Part shown: positions 29,900-40,055 of the stretch, in pieces
Layout: the number at the start of each line of letters is the position of its first letter
Position numbering within the stretch: position 1 is the first letter of the stretch
Assembly: GCA_963745075.1 (NCBI GenBank)
Contig: CAVUWV010000032.1
Span: forward strand, 32,001-96,000
Direction of reading: 5' to 3'
From: Candidatus Hydrogenedentota bacterium
GTDB taxonomy: Bacteria > Hydrogenedentota > Hydrogenedentia > Hydrogenedentales > SLHB01
Length of the DNA stretch: 64,000 bases
Program-made: the position numbers and the translations under genes
The notes under the pieces: generated by a model
Seen by the model: only the letters and a program-made list of their open reading frames with translations
What the model was told of the DNA's origin: nothing
Database searches by the model: none

Positions 29900-30590
29900 A
29901 AACGCCAATAGCAATGTGATCGAGTGCATCGATCTCGAAAAGACCTTCCATGACGGCACCCGCGAGCTGCGCATCCTTCGCAGTCTTAACTTGGCCGTGC
30001 GTGAGGGCGAAGGGTTTGCCATCAGCGGCCCCTCGGGCGTGGGCAAGAGCACGTTGCTGCACATCCTTGGAACGTTGGATCGCCCTACCGGGGGTGAGGT
30101 TCTATTTCGCGGCACGTCGCTCGCTAAGACGAATCGATTGGAGATCAATCGCATCCGCAATGAGGAAATCGGCTTCGTCTTTCAGTTCTATCACCTGCTG
30201 CCCGAGTTTACCGCCCTCGAGAACGTCATGATGCCCGCGTTCAGCATGGGCAAACGTCGCGCCGAACTCCGTGAACGTGCGGAGGAGTTGTTGACTAAAG
30301 TCGGCCTTGCCGATCGCATGACCCACAAACCCGGCATGCTCAGCGGCGGCGAACAACAACGCGTCGCCATCGGCCGCGCCTTGTTCAATCGTCCCAGCGT
30401 CGTCCTCGCGGACGAACCCACCGGCAACCTCGATGAACGCACGGGCGACGGCATCATCGAACTCCTCTGGAACCTCAACCGAACGGAAGGCGTCACCCTC
30501 GTCGTCGTCACCCACGACGATTCCATGGCCAAACAGGCCGACCGTTGGGTCTACATCCACGAAGGCCAAGCGGTCGAAAAAAAGGGGTAA
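29892..30590 (+). CDS. lolD: Lipoprotein-releasing ABC transporter ATPase
   Basis: GPSGVGKST, GFVFQFYHLLPEFTALENV, LSGGEQQRVA, ADEPTGNLD. Confidence 0.93.
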   Translation: MSKNANSNVIECIDLEKTFHDGTRELRILRSLNLAVREGEGFAISGPSGVGKSTLLHILGTLDRPTGGEVLFRGTSLAKTNRLEINRIRNEEIGFVFQFYHLLPEFTALENVMMPAFSMGKRRAELRERAEELLTKVGLADRMTHKPGMLSGGEQQRVAIGRALFNRPSVVLADEPTGNLDERTGDGIIELLWNLNRTEGVTLVVVTHDDSMAKQADRWVYIHEGQAVEKKG

Positions 30591-30679
30591 TCGACCGGAA
30601 CCGCTCCCCGCTCTCCCTTCGTCGTTGATTTTCCGCGCCGTCATCGGATAGAAGGGATGTAACTATGGGGAGACCAGCC

Positions 30680-32035
30680 ATGACATTCTCACGCGTTCTT
30701 ACTTTGCTCGCCTGTTGCACGGTTGCGTTTGTTGCGTCCGCGCAGGATGTGACCTACGAACCCACCTGGGAGTCGCTCGATACCCGGCCGAACCCGCAGT
30801 GGTTCGAGGACGCCAAGTTCGGCATTTTCATCCATTGGGGCGTGTATTCGGTTCCGTCGTGGGGTCCCAAGGGCAGCTACGCGGAATGGTACTGGAACCA
30901 CATGCAGAACAAGGACGGCGAGACTTGGAAACACCACGTCGCGACCTACGGCGAGAAGTTCAAGTATCAGGATTTCGCGCCCATGTTCAAGGCGGAATTG
31001 TTCAATCCCGACGAATGGGCGGACATCTTTCAGCGATCCGGCGCGAAGTACGTGGTGCTCACGTCGAAACACCACGAAGGGTTCGCCCTGTGGCCGAGCG
31101 CCCAGGCCTGGAACTGGAACAGCGTCGACATCGGCCCGCACCGGGACCTCTGCGGCGATCTCATCACAGCGGTCCACGCGAAAGGCCTTCGCATGGGCTA
31201 CTACTACTCGATCTACGAGTGGTACAACCCGCTGTACCTGAGCGGCGACATCGAGAAGTACGCGACCGAGCACATGCTCCCGCAATTGAAAGACCTCGTG
31301 CAGCGCTACAAGCCAGACATCGTCTGGCCTGACGGTGAGTGGGACGCCACCAGCGACAAATGGCATAGCCCCGAATTCCTGGCGTGGCTCTTCAATGAGT
31401 CGGATGCGCCGAAGGACGTGGCCGTCAACGACCGCTGGGGCAAGGATACGCGGAACGTCCACGGCGGTTTTGCGACCCCCGAGTACGGCCACATCCCTGA
31501 GGGAAAGCTCATCGAGGAGGGGCGCTTCGAGGAATGCCAGGGCATGGGCGCGTCATTCGGCTACAACCGCAACGAGAACGTCGACGACTACCGGTCCGCG
31601 GAAAAGTTGCTCCACCTCCTCATCGACAACGTGAGCCGGGGCGGTAACCTCCTCCTCGACATCGGTCCCACGGCCGACGGCCGCATCCCGGTTATCATGC
31701 AGCAGCGCCTCATCGACATGGGCAAGTGGCTGGAGGTCAACGGTGAAGCCATCTACGGCACAGACACGTGGCGCGAACATAGCGAGGGTGACCTGGTCCG
31801 CTACACGGCCAAGAACGGCGCGGTCTACGCCATCTGCCTGAAGTGGCCGGGTGAAACCCTGACACTTGAGACGCCCAAAGCCGGCGCGGACACCAAAGTT
31901 GCCATGCTCGGCCTGGACGACCCGATTGCATCGGAAGTCCAAGAAGGCAAACTGGTTGTCCACGTCCCCGCGTTGACCCCGAACAAGCTTCCGTGCCGGT
32001 ACGCCTATGTCTTTAAGCTGACAGGGGTTGAGTAG
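30680..32035 (+). CDS. Alpha-L-fucosidase, GH29
   Basis: Signal peptide; YEPTWESLD, AKFGIFIHWG, TSKHHEGF, WPDGEW, VNDRWG, VSRGGNLLLDIGP. Confidence 0.95.
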   Translation: MTFSRVLTLLACCTVAFVASAQDVTYEPTWESLDTRPNPQWFEDAKFGIFIHWGVYSVPSWGPKGSYAEWYWNHMQNKDGETWKHHVATYGEKFKYQDFAPMFKAELFNPDEWADIFQRSGAKYVVLTSKHHEGFALWPSAQAWNWNSVDIGPHRDLCGDLITAVHAKGLRMGYYYSIYEWYNPLYLSGDIEKYATEHMLPQLKDLVQRYKPDIVWPDGEWDATSDKWHSPEFLAWLFNESDAPKDVAVNDRWGKDTRNVHGGFATPEYGHIPEGKLIEEGRFEECQGMGASFGYNRNENVDDYRSAEKLLHLLIDNVSRGGNLLLDIGPTADGRIPVIMQQRLIDMGKWLEVNGEAIYGTDTWREHSEGDLVRYTAKNGAVYAICLKWPGETLTLETPKAGADTKVAMLGLDDPIASEVQEGKLVVHVPALTPNKLPCRYAYVFKLTGVE

Positions 32036-32116
32036 GGGCTTTCAGGATACATGGGCAAGGGTCCAGTAATCTTCTACAATCTAAGTGGGACGCGAGAACC
32101 GCTCACCGGAGGAAAG

Positions 32117-32332
32117 ATGGCAGATCTACCCCTAGATACCATGACCGTGGAGGAAAAACTACGGACAATGGAACTGCTCTGGAGTGACTTGTGCGAGCGA
32201 GCCGGAAGTATCGTCTCACCACCGTGGCATGGACGGACCGTGGCGGAGCGAGAGAATTCAATAATTCGCGGTGAAGACGCCTTCGAAGACTGGGACAACG
32301 CAAAACAGAGAATAAGAAAGGAAACCGAGTGA
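32117..32332 (+). CDS. Putative addiction-module antitoxin
   Basis: GGAGG RBS; LPLDTMTVEEKLRTMELLWSDL...SPPWH...DWDNAKQRIR; stop overlaps the toxin GTG start. Confidence 0.85.
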   Translation: MADLPLDTMTVEEKLRTMELLWSDLCERAGSIVSPPWHGRTVAERENSIIRGEDAFEDWDNAKQRIRKETE

Positions 32333-32626
32333 AGATAAAAATTCTGGCATCGGCGGGCCAGGATCTTATCGATGGCTATTGGTTCTATGAGAAACAAGCA
32401 TGAGTGGTTGGGACGTATTTTCCCGATTCACTCTTCTCGGATATCGAATGGCTATCCGTCTCAGGCGGCATCCATCCATTTTGGCGAGCACCATCGCCTC
32501 TTGTCAAAGCGATTTCCGTTCGCCGTCTATTCTCCTATCGAGAGTGAATCGGTACTCGTCTACGCTGTACTCGACTGTAGAAGGAACCCGGCTTGGATTA
32601 GACGCCGTATGGGGCATGACGATTAG
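32329..32626 (+). pseudogene. RelE/ParE-family toxin, disrupted
   Basis: MKIKILASAGQDLIDGYWFYEKQA, in-frame TGA at 32401, then VVGTYFPDSLFSDIE, then a frameshift near 32475 into HFGEHHRLLSKRFPFAVY...AVLDCRRNPAWI. Confidence 0.8.
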
Positions 32627-32669
32627 CGGATGGCCCTGTGACCCCAGGCTTCGCCATGCGGGGCAAGGT

Positions 32670-32699
32670 TTGACCCGCCCATCCCCCATTTGCTAAACT
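32670..32699 (+). promoter_or_regulatory. rplJL promoter candidate
   Basis: TTGACC-N18-TAAACT with extended -10 TG. Confidence 0.6.
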
Positions 32700-32725
32700 C
32701 TCCGCTTGGCACGGAATCGTGCCTT

Positions 32726-32846
32726 GGGTCAAAGACAGCCGGCGGCCACTAGGCCTTAAAATTCGCCTGCCGAGACCGCGGAATCGGATAACACGTAAAA
32801 TTGTCCTTACCCCGCATTGTCTTTTGACCGTGCGGGGTATTTTTTT
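32726..32846 (+). ncRNA. L10 leader (rplJ autoregulatory RNA) with attenuator-like hairpin
   Basis: AAAGACAGCCGGCG...TTAAA...CGCCTGCCGAGAC fits the L10 leader pattern; followed by TACCCCGCA/TGCGGGGTA stem and a T7 run. Confidence 0.8.
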
Positions 32847-32936
32847 GCCCGCACCGCGCTCCCGTTGGGAACGCGAACCGAAATTGAAGGGGCTTTGGCC
32901 CTGCACATCGTCTTCAGGAAAGGAGGTGAATGTACA

Positions 32937-33467
32937 TTGGCGAAGCAAGAAAAGATTGATGCCGTCAGCGAACTGAAAGAACGCATCGAAGGCAGCCAGA
33001 TCGTGGTCTTGTCCAAGTATATCGGCATCAACGCCGATCAGGCCACGGACCTGCGCAGGAAGCTGCGCGATTCCTCCGTCGAGTTCAAGGTATTCAAGAA
33101 TACCCTCGCGAAACGGGCGTTGGACGAACTGGAACTATCCGATGCTTCTCCGTTCATGGACGGACCGACGGCGTGGGCGTTCTCGAACGACCCCGTCGCG
33201 CCGGCCAAAGTTCTGAAAGACTTTGGCAAGGACGCCCCGATGGTCGAGATGACCGGCGGTATTCTGGAAGGCAAGGTCGTCTCGAAGGACCAGCTTAACG
33301 CGCTGGCGAGTCTGCCGTCCCGCGAAGTGTTGTTGAGCCAGGTGGTGGGAACCATCGCCGCGCCGCTGCGCAACTTCGTCAGTACCCTCAACGCGCTGCC
33401 GACCAACCTGGTCAACGCGCTGGATCAGATCAAGAAACAGAAAGAAGAAAGTGGAGCGGCCGCCTAA
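32937..33467 (+). CDS. rplJ: 50S ribosomal protein L10
   Basis: AGGAGGTGA RBS plus TTG; LRRKLR, KVFKNTLAKRA, GPTA, LASLPSREVLL. Confidence 0.97.
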   Translation: MAKQEKIDAVSELKERIEGSQIVVLSKYIGINADQATDLRRKLRDSSVEFKVFKNTLAKRALDELELSDASPFMDGPTAWAFSNDPVAPAKVLKDFGKDAPMVEMTGGILEGKVVSKDQLNALASLPSREVLLSQVVGTIAAPLRNFVSTLNALPTNLVNALDQIKKQKEESGAAA

Positions 33468-33506
33468 CACATCGGCGGATCGCATGACGTTTGGAGAACA
33501 CGATTC

Positions 33507-33899
33507 ATGGCAACGAAGAATGAAGAGATCATTGATAAGATCGCCGATTTGTCGGTGCTCGAGTTGAGCGAATTGATCAAAGCGCTCGAAGAGAAGTTCG
33601 GCGTTACGGCGGCGGCCCCGGTTATGATGGGCGGCATGATGCCGGCCGGCGGCGGCGAAGCGGCGGCGGCCGACGAAGGCCCCTCGTCCTTCGACGCGAT
33701 CCTCGCCGAAATCGGCGGCCAGAAAATTCAGGTCATCAAGGAAGTCCGAGCCCTGACCGGCTTGGGCCTCAAAGAAGCGAAGGACCTGGTCGATAGCGCT
33801 CCAAAAGCGGTCAAGGAAGACATCGCCGAGGAAGAAGCCAAGGAAATCAAAGAGAAACTCGAAGCGGCGGGCGCGACGGTCGAAATCAAAGGCCACTGA
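33507..33899 (+). CDS. rplL: 50S ribosomal protein L7/L12
   Basis: [45 protein letters not shown]. Confidence 0.99.
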   Translation: MATKNEEIIDKIADLSVLELSELIKALEEKFGVTAAAPVMMGGMMPAGGGEAAAADEGPSSFDAILAEIGGQKIQVIKEVRALTGLGLKEAKDLVDSAPKAVKEDIAEEEAKEIKEKLEAAGATVEIKGH

Positions 33900-33923
33900 G
33901 CGCACCGCGAATCGAATGATATC

Positions 33924-33960
33924 AGGGCGGCGGGACCGGACGGGTTCCGCCGCTCTTGTT
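33924..33960 (+). terminator. Intrinsic terminator after rplL
   Basis: AGGGCGGCGGGACC / GGTTCCGCCGCTCT stem followed by TGTT. Confidence 0.65.
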
Positions 33961-34087
33961 GTATCATGGGACCAATGGGTTCCGGCAGATTGGCTCACGT
34001 CAACCCACTTCACATTCTGATGCACCTCGTGCTCGTAGTCGTAATCGAAAAAGCCACGAACCCGTGATTCACAGCCGAAGGAATGGA

Positions 34088-34849
34088 CTACTTAACCGGC
34101 GTGAAACGCTCTTGCACGGCGCGGTAGAGCTTCTCCGCGAGTTCTTTACGATCGCCGCCCCGGAGCGGTTCATCCCCATAGGCAATAATGCCGGTGCACG
34201 ACGGAAGGGCGAGAATTCGCAGCATGTTTTGGCCCAGGGTTTCAGGTTCTTGCCAAACGATAACGTCTTTCGCGCGGGGCGCATCTTCCGGCGTACCATA
34301 GGAAATCGCCGCGTAATGGACGGGGCAATCGTGTTGCACGGCCGGTTCCAGCAGCGCCGGTTTGAACGGATGCACCTGGGCGTCCTGCGAGATACGGCTT
34401 TCCGCGAAGATATGAATGCCGTACCCGCGATCCATCGTGTCGGCAATTAGACTGTTGACCCGTTTCGTGTCGCGCCATTTTTCGCGATCGATGAAGATGG
34501 TGTTCATACGTGCCGCGAGGAATCCAAGGAACCAGAGGACGCGCACGTCCGACCTCGACACAAACACACAGCCCACCGTCCGCGAGAGCAACACGATGTC
34601 GAGATAGCTGAGGTGATTCGTGACAAGGTAATACGGCGGTTTCGGCGGCGTTCCGGAGATTTCGACGCGCATGCGGATAATCGCCGCAGCCCCGATGGCC
34701 CAGGTGCGAACCAGGAACCGCCGGCCCCGCTCGTCGAGACGCGGCGCAACAGGCGCAATACAACTGACCAACAGCCGGACTGCGAACAAGGCGCTCGTCC
34801 ACACGATCAGCAGGACCGCGCGGACGGCGACCCGAATCCCCTTCACCAC
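34088..34849 (-). CDS. Lysophospholipid acyltransferase (PlsC/OlsA-like)
   Basis: NHLSYLD (HX4D), IFIDR, IFAES, PFKPALL; GGAGG RBS before GTG. Confidence 0.88.
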   Translation of the reverse strand: MVKGIRVAVRAVLLIVWTSALFAVRLLVSCIAPVAPRLDERGRRFLVRTWAIGAAAIIRMRVEISGTPPKPPYYLVTNHLSYLDIVLLSRTVGCVFVSRSDVRVLWFLGFLAARMNTIFIDREKWRDTKRVNSLIADTMDRGYGIHIFAESRISQDAQVHPFKPALLEPAVQHDCPVHYAAISYGTPEDAPRAKDVIVWQEPETLGQNMLRILALPSCTGIIAYGDEPLRGGDRKELAEKLYRAVQERFTPVK

Positions 34850-34969
34850 GGAACGTTCCCCTCCTTCCTCTTGCGGCGTATGTAACCAGACCCGGCCATC
34901 CAGCGCAAGCCCGGGGAGCAATTGCGTGGAAGAGACGAACGCAGGAGAGAGCCGGAAATCGGCAGGATC

Positions 34970-35899
34970 TTAGCCGGGAACCGCTGGGGAATGGCGCTCG
35001 GCCACCACCCGGTCGCGCCCTTCGCGCTTCGCCCGGTACAACAAAACATCGACGACTTTCACGATTTCGTGGGAGGCCAACCGTTGCGACGCGTCCACCC
35101 ACAAAGCGCCGATGCTTACGGTGGTGTCCAGACGAAGCCCGTCTGCCGCCACGGGCGTTCCCTTGATCCGCTGCCGAATGCGGTCCGCCATGGTCGTCAC
35201 GTCTTCGAATCGCGGGCCCGGAAGCACGATCAGGAACTCTTCGCCGCCGTAGCGCCCGGTCGAATCGTAGGGCCGGCATTCGGCGCACAAACGCTGGGCT
35301 ACTTCGACCAGCACCTTGTCACCGGTCAGATGGCCGTGGGCATCGTTGACCGCTTTGAAGTGGTCAACGTCGATCATCATAACGGCGAGGGGCATTTCTT
35401 CCCGCAGCGATCGGTCCACTTCCTGTTCCAGCCGTTCCATGATGGCGCCGCGATTAAACACCCGAGTCAACGTGTCCGTGCGGGCCATCATGAAGAGTTT
35501 CGCGTTGGCCTCTTCGAGCTTCTCATGAAGCATAACGACCCGCGTCGCCGCGCCGATTCGGGAGCGCAGTTCCTGGGCATGATACGGCTTGGTGAGATAG
35601 TCATCGGCCCCGGCATCGAGCGCTTCCACGATGTCCGAAGTCTTCTCTTTAGCCGTAAGAATGATGATGTAGGTAAAGGGGCGGTCGGTCGCTTCGCGAA
35701 GACGACGGCACAGTTCGGGTCCGTCGATGTGGGGCATGACCCAATCGAGCACGGCCACGCGTGGCGAATCGAGGCGCAACAGGATGTCCCACGCCTCTGC
35801 CCCGTCCTTTGCAACGACCACCTTGTGGCCCCACTTGGTCAGATGTGTTTCCAGGATTCGGCGCGACACAGCGTCGTCTTCGGCGATGAGGATTTTCAA
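34970..35899 (-). CDS. Response-regulator diguanylate cyclase (REC-GGDEF)
   Basis: KILIAEDD, LDWVMP, DVDHFKAVNDAHGH, RPYD I-site, RYGGEEF. Confidence 0.95.
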   Translation of the reverse strand: MKILIAEDDAVSRRILETHLTKWGHKVVVAKDGAEAWDILLRLDSPRVAVLDWVMPHIDGPELCRRLREATDRPFTYIIILTAKEKTSDIVEALDAGADDYLTKPYHAQELRSRIGAATRVVMLHEKLEEANAKLFMMARTDTLTRVFNRGAIMERLEQEVDRSLREEMPLAVMMIDVDHFKAVNDAHGHLTGDKVLVEVAQRLCAECRPYDSTGRYGGEEFLIVLPGPRFEDVTTMADRIRQRIKGTPVAADGLRLDTTVSIGALWVDASQRLASHEIVKVVDVLLYRAKREGRDRVVAERHSPAVPG

Positions 35900-36090
35900 A
35901 CCCGGCCTCCGTCCGTACGGGCCCCGTGCCCCGCTAGATTGTACTAGGCAAACCGCCAGATGGCAACGGGAGAGGAAGACTTTAGGCGTTGGGCTGGAGG
36001 CTTTAGATTAAGAGCCACAACGAGATCGCGCAGAACCGAACCGGCCGGTCCCATCCATAATGTTCCTATCAGTGAATACCGTTCATCGCC

Positions 36091-37308
36091 TCACGCGATC
36101 AATGGCAAGGTCTCGAAGCGGCGCGTCAGTACAGGCTGCGGATTAACGGCAAACCAATCGTTGAGGACCGTGGCGTAGACACTCCGGAAATCGGTGCCGT
36201 ACTTGAGATCGCCTTGATCGAGATCGTCGAGGTCGGGCTGCGTGCCATGGATACCGGCCTGAACGCCTTCTCCGATGAGAAACATGGGGGCCGCCGTGCC
36301 GTGGTCCGTACCGCCGCTCGCGTTCTGTTCCACACGCCTGCCGAACTCGGAGAAGACCATGGTTAACACGCGGTCTGCCGTGCCGTCGTTTTCGAGCATT
36401 TCCTGAAACTTGCGGACACTTTCCGCAAAATGCCCGAGGAGATTGTCCTGGGTAGCGAGCTGATTGGCGTGCGTGTCGAACCCGCCGATCGCGACGTAGT
36501 AAATGCGTGTCTCGAGTCCGCCGCGTATCATAGCCGCGACGGTTTGCAGGGGATCGCTGCCGCGCCCGCTATGCGTGAAGCCGGCCCGTTCCGCGGCCGC
36601 GTGAACTTCATACGAACTCATGATCGCGTTGGAGGTCGTGTGACGGAGGAAGTCGATGGCCGTATTGCCGTGTGCGACGGGCTCATTCAAGCGCTCGAAG
36701 TTTTCCTTCGTATCCAACCCTTTTCCAGGCTGCCATCCGAACCGGCGCGGGTCGTCGAAGGCCACGCCGAATCCCTTTTCCCCTTCAAAGGCCTGAGGGC
36801 GTTCCTCCCCAATGGCCACGCCGGCCTGGGGATGCGCCGTTCCGGAACAACAGTTGTCGAAGTACCGGCCAATCCAGCCCGAGCTGTAGTACGCGTTCGA
36901 GTCGCTCGCCGTGTGCCAGATCTCCATGGACCGGAAGTGCGAGCGGTTTGGATTCGGATACCCCACACCTTGCAGCAGCGCCACCTTGCCGTCGTCGTAG
37001 AGGCGCATCAGATCGGCCATGCGAGCGTTCAGCGCAACGTCGTCGTCGATACGGAGAATTTGATCCTTCTTCAATCCGATCTGCGGGCGCAACCGGTAAT
37101 AGGTGTCGTTGCTGTGAGGCACGACCATATTGAGCCCGTCGTTGCCGCCGCCCAGTTGAATGACCACGAGCACGCGGTCGTCCTTGAATCCGTCGATGGC
37201 GGGCGCATGGACCTCCGCCGCGCGCGCCAGAAACGCGGGCGCCAGGCCGATCGACGAGAACACAGCCGCTGTCTTGAGAAAATCGCGCCGGCTCACGATG
37301 TTAATCAT
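36091..37308 (-). CDS. DUF1501 family Tat-exported protein
   Basis: SRRDFLK, QLGGGNDGLN, NRSHFRS, GGFDTHANQ, FSEFGRR, GTDHG. Confidence 0.92.
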   Translation of the reverse strand: MINIVSRRDFLKTAAVFSSIGLAPAFLARAAEVHAPAIDGFKDDRVLVVIQLGGGNDGLNMVVPHSNDTYYRLRPQIGLKKDQILRIDDDVALNARMADLMRLYDDGKVALLQGVGYPNPNRSHFRSMEIWHTASDSNAYYSSGWIGRYFDNCCSGTAHPQAGVAIGEERPQAFEGEKGFGVAFDDPRRFGWQPGKGLDTKENFERLNEPVAHGNTAIDFLRHTTSNAIMSSYEVHAAAERAGFTHSGRGSDPLQTVAAMIRGGLETRIYYVAIGGFDTHANQLATQDNLLGHFAESVRKFQEMLENDGTADRVLTMVFSEFGRRVEQNASGGTDHGTAAPMFLIGEGVQAGIHGTQPDLDDLDQGDLKYGTDFRSVYATVLNDWFAVNPQPVLTRRFETLPLIA

Positions 37309-37324
37309 GGATTGGCCCTCGTGG

Positions 37325-38864
37325 TTAACAGAGTTGATATTCGGCCGTACTCAACAACAGGTGCAAAGACGCCAGCAGGTTCTTTGGCCGCACGTCTCGG
37401 CCCGTCATCGCGCTCGTTTCGCCGCCCGGCACGCCAAGTGTTTGAATAAGAATCTTCCGTTGGTCTGGCGATAGCGGCACGCAGAGAAAATGCCGGGTCA
37501 TATGATCCACGCATTCGCCGGCAGTCTTGAACTCAAGCGACGCAAAGAATTGCCGCGGGTTCCAGGGCACGGGTTCGTCGGTGTTTGCGTCGGCGGACTG
37601 CATCATCGTATCCCGCATCGCGGGTTCCGCGGGCTTGACGCTGTCCAGCGCCGCCTGCCCCATGTAGGCATCGTGGTCTTTTTGGGGACGCCGACGCACG
37701 AGCATTGCGGGCAAGTTGTACCGAATCAGCAACGCATTGGCATTGACCCAGGCCCGGTTGCCGTCCCACCCTTTCACGTTGGGCGGAAAGAAAAGATCCT
37801 GGCCGAGGCGCGCCATTGCCAGGGCCATGGCGGGGTATGGAGGATGGTCGATTTCGAGGTCCGATGTCAGTTGGACCACGAACTGGGCGGGGCTCTTCAC
37901 CTGCTGACCCATGGCCTTGCCGCTGTAGAAAGCGCGAGACATCAGCATTTCCCGCAGCATGGGTTGAATCTCGAAGTTGTTGGTGCGTAGCGTGTCGGCC
38001 AAGCCGGCAACGACCTCCGGTTCCGGTTCGTCGTACGCAAAGTATTTCCAAAGCTTGGTCGTGATAAACGTCGACGCGGCCGGTTGCTCGAAGATGATGT
38101 CCATGATGTCCCAGCCGTCGAAGTCTCCGGTCCGGCTCATAAAGGTCTTCACACCATAATCGTGGCTGTCCTCGCGGAACTGGAACGTTTCATAGTCGCA
38201 GGTCCAACCGGTAAAGGCCCGCGCGGAGTTCTTGATGTCGTCTTCCGTGTACTGGTCCTGGCCGAGGGTAAACAGTTCCATCAGCTCCCGAGCCCAGTTC
38301 TCGTTGGGATGCTGCTTCGTACTCTGCCGGTTGTCGAGGTACCGCAAGCATGGACGGAGACTGGCCTACGGCGGTCGCGAGCGATTTGAAATTGCCCGCG
38401 GCATGGGTGCGGAACGTCTCGTTGAGTTGATAAGTGTGCCAGGACGATTTGACTTTTTGCGCCGACGTGGCGAAATGGCCATGCCAGAACAACGCCAACT
38501 TTTCTTGCAGGGGGCGTTCGGTCCGGAACATGCGTTCCAGCCACCAGGCTTTCAATTGTTGGGTGGCGCGGCGCTCCTCACGCTGATGCTCCTGAAAGGC
38601 GTTGCGGCGCGCGTCCGGGTCGAGGTCGCGCATCTGGGCCCGCAATTCGACGTAGCTTTTCGGCGTGACGAGGAAGTCCGGGGCCGGGAAGGTATCGGGT
38701 TGTTTCGCGAAATCGACGAAGTAGTCCACCGCCGACGCAGGCGGCATCTTCGCCAGACGCTCGACGCGATCCTGCGGCAATCCGAACCCGGCCCGGTTCA
38801 GCAGATGCCGCGCACAACGCTCGTCCCACTGCTCTGGCGTTATGGGATTCAACAACTTAGCCAT
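37325..38864 (-). CDS. DUF1800 family protein, one frameshift near 38346
   Basis: HLLNRAGFG, LQEKLALFWHGHFATS in ORF 38190..38870; continues YLDN...PNENWARELMELFTLG, PPNVKGW in ORF 37325..38347. Confidence 0.88.
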
Positions 38865-39104
38865 CGCCACACCTTTCCCAGGGTTTCACAACGGTCCGAG
38901 TCGAAAAACAACGGACGCCATCCAGCCTTGCCAACTGTTGGCGGATTAAACACCGCGTGGGGACGCGGAGTTCCCATCAGCAGATGAATTACCTCGCCGG
39001 GTTTAACGATAGCACGAAACCCGCAATTGCGCGAGGATCGGTGTGACATCGAAGTCCACCCTCGTGTACTCTCGGACTTCGAATAGACGGAGGTACGACG
39101 CGAA

Positions 39105-40055
39105 ATGTGTGTTGGCTTGAGACTTGTCGTATTGGTTGCAAGCAGCGTAATGACACAAGCGACCGTCGAGTTCACCTTCTCCAACGCCCAAGGGCTCGGG
39201 CCGGAAGCGGGCGCCATGCGGCGCGACCCGAGCGACGTGATTAAGGTGGATGACCGCTACTACGTCTGGTACACCAAGGGTCGCGTAGACCACGGATACG
39301 ATGCGACGGTCTGGTATGCCACGTCTGAAGATGGGCACACGTGGACCGAACGCGGTGAGGCCATCGCCCGTGGCGGCGCGGGCGCGTGGGACGAGCAAAG
39401 TGTCTTCACGCCCAACATCATGGTTGCGCAGGGCAAGTACTGGCTCTTCTTCACCGCGGTGCCGAAACCGTTCAACAACGACGGCAACAAGGTAACGAAG
39501 AGTGCCATCGGCGCCGCGGTGTCGGACTCGCCGGACGGGCCTTGGGAGAAACTTCCGGGTAATCCCATTTTGCGTTGCAGTGACGACCCCGCCGACTTCG
39601 ACAGCATGCGCGTGGACGACGCCTGCCTGATCGTTCGCGACGGGAAGTACTGGCTTTACTACAAGGGCCGGCAATGGGATAACACCCCTGCCAACACGAA
39701 GATGGGTGTCGCCATCGCGGATCGGCCGCAGGGGCCTTACGTGAAACATCCCTTCAACCCGGTCGTGGCGGGAGGACACGAGGTAACCGTCTGGCCCTAC
39801 GGTTCCGGCGTCGTCGCCCTGATCAATATCGGTCCCGAAGACCTTCGCCGGACCCTGCAATATGCGGAAGACGGAATCACCTTCCAAAAAATGGCGGACG
39901 TTCCTCCGGTGCCATCCGCCGCAGGCGCCTATCGGCCCGAAGCCTTCACGGACAGCGGCAATGGCAAGATGATCGACTGGGGAATCTGCATCGGACAAAA
40001 GAAGGGATTCCTTCCCTTCCTGGAACGGTTCGACTGCACGTGGTCCAATCTATGA
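39105..40055 (+). CDS. Five-bladed beta-propeller glycoside hydrolase, GH117-like (GH43-related)
   Basis: RRDPSDVIK, IWYA-like VWYATSEDG, SVFTP, FDSMRVDD, LYYKG, GVAIADRPQGPY, GHEV. Confidence 0.8.
   Translation: MCVGLRLVVLVASSVMTQATVEFTFSNAQGLGPEAGAMRRDPSDVIKVDDRYYVWYTKGRVDHGYDATVWYATSEDGHTWTERGEAIARGGAGAWDEQSVFTPNIMVAQGKYWLFFTAVPKPFNNDGNKVTKSAIGAAVSDSPDGPWEKLPGNPILRCSDDPADFDSMRVDDACLIVRDGKYWLYYKGRQWDNTPANTKMGVAIADRPQGPYVKHPFNPVVAGGHEVTVWPYGSGVVALINIGPEDLRRTLQYAEDGITFQKMADVPPVPSAAGAYRPEAFTDSGNGKMIDWGICIGQKKGFLPFLERFDCTWSNL

Noticed and set aside
32401..32403. In-frame TGA as selenocysteine or readthrough in the toxin gene
   Set aside because: Not a Cys-type position, no evident SECIS hairpin, and a separate frameshift follows.
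32707..32723. TGGCACG...TGC as a sigma54 promoter
   Set aside because: GG-to-GC spacing is one base too long; the sequence is better explained as the hairpin GGCACG/CGTGCC at the start of the rplJ leader.
38340..38352. Programmed ribosomal frameshifting in the DUF1800, MMPL or lipoprotein genes
   Set aside because: No slippery heptamer or stimulatory structure; sequencing indels are the simpler explanation.
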